DNA of 64,000 nt from the human T2T-CHM13v2.0 reference genome, Homo sapiens, in assembly GCF_009914755.1 (NCBI RefSeq), contig NC_060947.1; one strand, written 5' to 3'. Positions 57,136 to 64,000 of the stretch are shown here, in pieces; position 1 is the stretch's first letter, and every line of letters starts with the position of its first letter. The notes beneath the pieces are model-generated. The model was not told where the DNA came from. It was given only the letters and a program-made list of their open reading frames with translations, and searched no databases. A program made the position numbers and the translations under genes.

Positions 57136-57869
57136 GTTGTTTTTTTTTTTTTTTTTTTAACAATTCATTGGTGAGGATGACAAATTCATAAAAAAATGAA
57201 AGGCAAAATAAAAATAAGATTTGATTGGGACCTTGGTCAAGAGAAACACCATGCATTTGGGGTAGTGATGGGCCGTCCACCTGGTGGTGTCTAGCAGGCA
57301 GGCTTTCTGCAAAGTAGAACCCAAAATAGAGACTTAACACAGAGATGTTGGTTTGGCAGTCAGCTATTGGGCAACAAACGCAAGCAAAGCCCTTTAATGT
57401 AGATTCTGAGAGAGGATGTGTGGGGAAAAGATCAGAGGACTTTGAGTGGAGCTTTGGGCCTGTTTGTATTCAGGGCAGGAGGTGAGAAGTGGAGCTCAGT
57501 GAAGGAGGCATACCAGAGAAATGGACATCAAAGGAGGATATTGGAGGGTAAAGAAAGGGTCTTAAGAAGAAAGGGTCAGTGGTACTTGAAGGAGGTTTAT
57601 TAGCGAGGTCCTTTATGACCTTGGGGGTGTCTAGTGATGTGGTGGGTGTGAGTGAGAAAATAGAGGTAATGAATATCAACTGTTCTTTTAATAAGAGAGA
57701 GAGTTAAGGAAGGGGGAAGTGTTGAGGATCATATGACTATGAGAAGGGCTTTTCAAGTCATGGGAAGCTTCAGCCTGTTTTGTAGACAAAGAGAAAAGAT
57801 TTACTTCAGGAATTTTTTTAAGGGAAATAATCACACAGGTCTGAAAATATGAATATACTAGAATGCTTA

Positions 57870-58203
<334 letters not shown>

Positions 58204-58244
58204 GTGGAAAAGCATTGGAAAGAACCTAAATGTACAAGAAAAGT

Positions 58245-58300
58245 TATATATATATACATATATATATACATATATATACATATATATACGTGTGTGTGTG

Positions 58301-58350
<50 letters not shown>

Positions 58351-58354
58351 TACA
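58245..58354. repeat. Compound (TA)/(TG)/(CA) microsatellite
   Basis: 110 bp of uninterrupted pyrimidine-purine alternation. Confidence 0.97.
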
Positions 58355-58909
58355 GAATTTAGAAAGGTATCCACCAATATGTGAATAATTATTATTTCTG
58401 AGTAATAGGGCTATGTTTTCTCCATTTTTTTCCAGGGAATATATATTTTCTAAATAAGAAGAAAAGCTTTTTTTTAAAAGAGAGAGCACAGGTACAGGAG
58501 TTATTGGCAAGGTGGCTCAGCTGCTACTCTGAGCTAGATAGAAGGAAGAGAGACTGGGTGAGAGTAGGTCTTGTTCAATGGCTCAGATGTCTGAGGAAGT
58601 TAGGAGGTAAGGCCATCTGCAAAAGATGAAGTATGGAAGTTAGCACTTAAGGAATGTGGGAAATGTTTTAAGAGACCTCTCTAAGGTTTTATAGTTTTGT
58701 CTATAGCAAAGGGGATATGAAAGAAATGAAAGAAACTGTCATTGTTCTGTACAGAAGCCAAAGGAGTTACCAGGAGACTGGGGAGTCTAGGTGGACACTT
58801 GTAATGATATCTGACTCAGGGCTTCTCAGGCATCAGTCACATCATAGCAATTCAGACAGTGAAGCAGAGTTGTGGATAGCCTTGAGTTGGACCTTGAATA
58901 CTGGTTGGA

Positions 58910-59212
58910 ACGAGGGGAAATCCATTCCCCGCCTCTTCCAGCTTCTTGTAGGCATATCATTCCATCCTCTGCCTCTGTGGTCACATTGCCTTCCCCTCTT
59001 CTGTCTGTATGAAATCTCCCTCTGCCTCTCTCTTATCAGGATTTGTGTGATGTAATTTAGGGCCCACCTGGATAATCCGGAATAATCTGTCTTCTCAAAA
59101 TCACTAAGTTGATCACATCTGCAAAGTCCCTATTACCATGTGAGGTAGTATACACAGGTTCCAGGGATTAGGACGTGGACATCTTTGGTGACCATTATTC
59201 AGCCTTCTATAC
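58910..59212 (-). mobile_element. MaLR MLT1 (C/D-like) LTR fragment
   Basis: Minus strand reads ggctgaataatggtcaccaaagatgtccacgtcctaatccctggaacctgtg...gggactttgcagatgtgat. Confidence 0.85.
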
Positions 59213-59519
59213 TATCTTATAGCCCTGGGTCTGCTGACAGGTGGCATGGCCATCACTAACCTGTAATCTGGTGAAATGGTGTCACCATTCAATGTATGAA
59301 AGCGGGGCAAGCCTTTTGCAATGAGAAAATCACCATCCTTAGCATGCCTCTCAAATCATCATTCCAGTTCACTGACAGCCCCAGCAGGGTGGAAGAAGGA
59401 CTCTGTAGTGTCTGGAGCTTGTATTTCCTCTTTGTCCTTTTCAATACAATACTCTTCCCCTATAGTCCTGCTTCTTTTAAAGTATCATATTGTTTTGGCC
59501 TTCTTGGATGGCAGCTAGC

Positions 59520-59725
59520 CCTCATTGAGCCTATGCTCAATGTGAGCACTTTATGGGGAGCATCTTTTAGTCCAAGACAAGCTAGTGGGGACATGGCTCA
59601 TTTCTTCACAGTAGAGAGAGAGAAACCATGGTTACTCAATTGGCCCAAAGCACGAGATATCAAAAGTGGAATGAGGTTTCAGGCCCAGGTCTTCTGCCAT
59701 AGAGCCAGTGCTCTTAACTACCGTG
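59520..59725 (-). mobile_element. MIR, degraded
   Basis: aattggcccaaagcac...aagtggaatgaggtttcaggcccaggtcttctgccatagagccagtgctcttaactac. Confidence 0.65.
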
Positions 59726-60262
59726 ATGTATACTGCTTGATGGCTGTCATTTCTTTCATCAGTCACAAGTCCATCAGATTATTTAAGTGTTTTTAAAACT
59801 CTGGTATAGTTTTATTAGATAATTATAGCTGTTTCTGTCAGAAGTGATCGTGGGAATTAATACTTAATTGGAACACAGCTAACATTTTTGAAAATAATTG
59901 GCTGAGATTGAGTCCTTTTTATATTATAAGTGAGGGAAGTATCTCGAGTGAGAGTTGCCCTCTGTAAAAATGCATTAGAACCCCAACTTCATTAAATTGG
60001 ACTCAAGTGATCTAGTATATTACCATTGCTTCTCAACAGCCCTTTCTTCAGAAGTACTTCAAATGAAAATTGTAAACAGGATTTCAAGGAGAATACTTAA
60101 AATGCTTGAAGAAATAAACGGCTCTAGTCATTTTAGGAGTAATGGATTTTGTACAACTAATTGATGTACATCCTTAGGTCCCTTAACCTTTCCTTCTTGG
60201 CACTACTTTATCCACTTATCTTTAGTTACATTGTATATGTAAAACTAATGAAGTTACATTTC

Positions 60263-60401
60263 TTTATTTTTATTTTTGTAGATTCAAGGGGTAAATGTAC
60301 AGGTATGTCACATAGATATTGCATAGTAAGGTTTGGGTTTCTAGTTTACCCATCACCCGAATAGTGAGCATGGTATCCAGTAGGTAATTTTTCAACCCTC
60401 A
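60263..60401 (-). mobile_element. L1PB/MA 3' end fragment
   Basis: tagattcaaggggtaaatgtacagg...acccatcacccgaatagtgagcat...aggtaatttttcaaccctc. Confidence 0.8.
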
Positions 60402-60574
60402 TACATCAGATCTTTCACTTGGTCTGCCTTTTCTGTGAATTAGTTAAAATAAGCGAATTTCCATTTCCTTGAATTGGGTAAAATGACTATAATACATGTC
60501 TGTTGCATGGCTGTTAGAATTTGGAAGCTCCGTGGAAGAAATCTTTTAAAAACCAACCCAAAATTACATAATAT

Positions 60575-61555
<981 letters not shown>

Positions 61556-61799
61556 AATGCATGAATCATCAAAAAATGACATCATAGCAATAACTTGTTA
61601 TATACATAAATTTATTGATACTTCTAAGTCTCAAATTTTTACTAGAATACTTTCACTTTAAGTACCCTACTGATTATGAGCCAGATAAGAGTTGATATAT
61701 TGCCAATTTAAAGGTCAAAAGGTGGATTTCACTGTATCAGACTTTTACAGTCTAGACGCGACCTGTTGGGTCAGTGATTTTTTTTTTAATCTGATCACA

Positions 61800-62208
61800 G
61801 TTATGGATTGAATTTTTGTCCTGCAAAAATTTATATGTTGAAGTCCTGACCCCCTGTACCTCAGAGCGTGACCCTATTTGAAAAGAAGGTCTTTGCAGAC
61901 ATGTTTAGTTGAAATGAAACTGTACTGGAGTAGTGTGGGCTCTTACTTTGTTATGACTAGTGCCCTTATAAAAAGAAATTTGGACACAGACACACACACA
62001 CAGTGAGACTGCCATGTGAAGATTGGCTGCCCCAAGCCAAGGAACGACCAGAGGCTAGAAGAGTGACCTGGAAAAGATCTTTAGTGGTGAGCATGGCACT
62101 GCCAGCACTGTGATCTCAAACTTCTAGCCTCCAGAACTGTGAGACAATATATTTTTGTTGTTTAAGCCTCATAGTTTCTGGTACTTTATGACAGCCCTAG
62201 CACACTAT
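61800..62208 (+). mobile_element. MaLR MLT1A/B-like LTR
   Basis: gttatggattgaatt...tatgttgaagtcctgacccc...cttctagcctccagaactgtgagacaat...ttgtttaagcc...acagccctagca. Confidence 0.85.
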
Positions 62209-62307
62209 CGCAATCACATCCATGAAAATAAGTTTGAGATGCAGTTTGGCTTTTGGTTTGTTTCAGTTTGTTTTTTAACACCTGGGCACATTCAAATGCA
62301 GTGTCTG

Positions 62308-63293
62308 CAGCAAAAGTAACTATCATCAGAGTGAACAGGCAACCTACAGAATGGGAGAAAATTTTTGCAATCTACCCATCTGACAAAGGGCTATATCCAG
62401 AATCTACAAAGAACTCAAACAAATTTACAAGAAAAAAACAACCCCATCAACATGTGGGCGAAGGATATGAAGAGACACTTCTCAAAAGAAGACATTTACG
62501 CAGCCAGCAGACACATGAAAAACTGCTCATCATCACTGGCCATCAGAGAAATGCAAATCAAAACCACAATGAGATACCATCTCACACCAGTTAGAATGGC
62601 GATCATTAAAAAGTCAGGAAACAACAGGTGCTGGAGAGGATGTGGAGAAATAAGAACACTTTTACACTGTTGGTGGGACTGTAAACTAGTTCAACCATTG
62701 TGGAAGACAGTGTGGCGATTCCTCAGGGATCTAGAACTAGAAATACCATTTGACCCAGCCATCCCATTACTGGGTATATACCCAAAGGATTATAAATCAT
62801 GCTGCTATAAAGACACATGCACACGTATGTTTATTGCAGCACTATTCACAATAGCAAAGACTTGAAACCAACCCAAATGTCCATCAATGATAGACTGGAT
62901 TAAGGAAATGTGGCACATATACACCATGGAATACTATGCAGCCATAAAACAGGATGAGTTCATGTCCTTTGTAGGGACATGGATGAAGCTGGAAACCATC
63001 ATTCTCAGCAAACTGTCGCAAGGACAAAAAACCCAAACACCGCATGTTCTCACTCATAGGTGGGAATTGAACAATGAGAACATTTGGACACAGGAAGGGG
63101 AACATCACACACCAGGGCCTGTTGTGGGGTGGGGGGAGGGATAGCATTAGGAGATATACCTAATGCTAAATGACGAGTTAATGGGTGCAGCACACCAACA
63201 TGGCACATGTATACATATGTAACAAACCTGCACGTTGTGTACATGCACCCTAGAACTTAAAGTATAATTTAAAAAAAAAAGAAGAAAAGAAAA
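62308..63293 (+). mobile_element. L1PA (PA4/PA5-like), 5'-truncated, about 1 kb: ORF2 C-terminus, 3' UTR and poly-A
   Basis: ORF 62365..62865 has the ORF2 Cys-rich [19 protein letters not shown]; AKTW is mutated to a stop; TSD caaatgcagYgtctg at 62293-62307 and 63294-63308. Confidence 0.95.
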
Positions 63294-63438
63294 CAAATGC
63301 AGCGTCTGTAGAGGACGATCAACAGATCCTGCAGCTCTTAGTGTTTCCTTTTGATAAATCTTTGTTCTGGACGTTAATATTTTAAAGCATGGCTTTTTCT
63401 AAGTTTAAAAACTATCAAATGTAAGCAGTATCTTATAA

Positions 63439-63693
<255 letters not shown>

Positions 63694-64000
63694 TAATTTC
63701 TAAAAATAGATCACTACCATTCAGGATTTTAAAACTAGTTGTTAAATTACATATTCAGTATTACAATGAAAATCTGAGGAGTGTAATAAAAACTTTACGC
63801 GTTTGAAAATGCATGATGCCTTGGGTAGTGAAAGTCTTTTTAAGAGATATGTTTATCCATCTGCACTGTTTGCAGTTTCACTTGAAAGCAATACAAAGAA
63901 TCTTCATAGAAATGTTTACATTGAAATTTCATAAGAGAAGGAAGACAGACAATTCTTTCTCAAATAATATAGCTATTAGAGTCAAATATATTTTATAGAC

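Noticed and set aside
59296-59796. 166-aa plus-strand ORF
   Set aside because: Overlaps a decayed MIR, has no motif, and is not needed for the MTM1 frame.
62365-63144. Active L1 ORF2
   Set aside because: Only the last 1 kb of L1 is present, with no promoter, endonuclease or RT, and it carries a premature stop and a frameshift.

Overview
This is primate (almost certainly human) genomic DNA: the internal part of MTM1 (myotubularin 1, the X-linked myotubular myopathy gene) on the + strand. Nine coding exons splice into one uninterrupted reading frame that matches the myotubularin sequence as I know it (standard exons 3-11, about residues 22-420). They cover the PH-GRAM domain, the RID region and the phosphatase domain up to and including the HCSDGWDRT catalytic loop. 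The start codon and the last exons lie outside the window. About 98% of the window is intron, dense in Alu, L1, L2, CR1/L3, MIR, MaLR/MER21 LTRs, hAT MITEs and microsatellites; almost all ORFs in the supplied track are repeat artefacts. I find no evidence of a new biological system. The most notable observations are a GC-AG intron before the catalytic exon, a sense L1PA copy just upstream of that exon whose terminal poly(A) signal is destroyed, a 94-nt latent pseudoexon one base from activation, seven consecutive frame-symmetric exons with inverted Alu flanks, and several template-switch or nested-insertion scars. Exon boundaries were checked base by base. Repeat family calls and boundaries are by eye and approximate.
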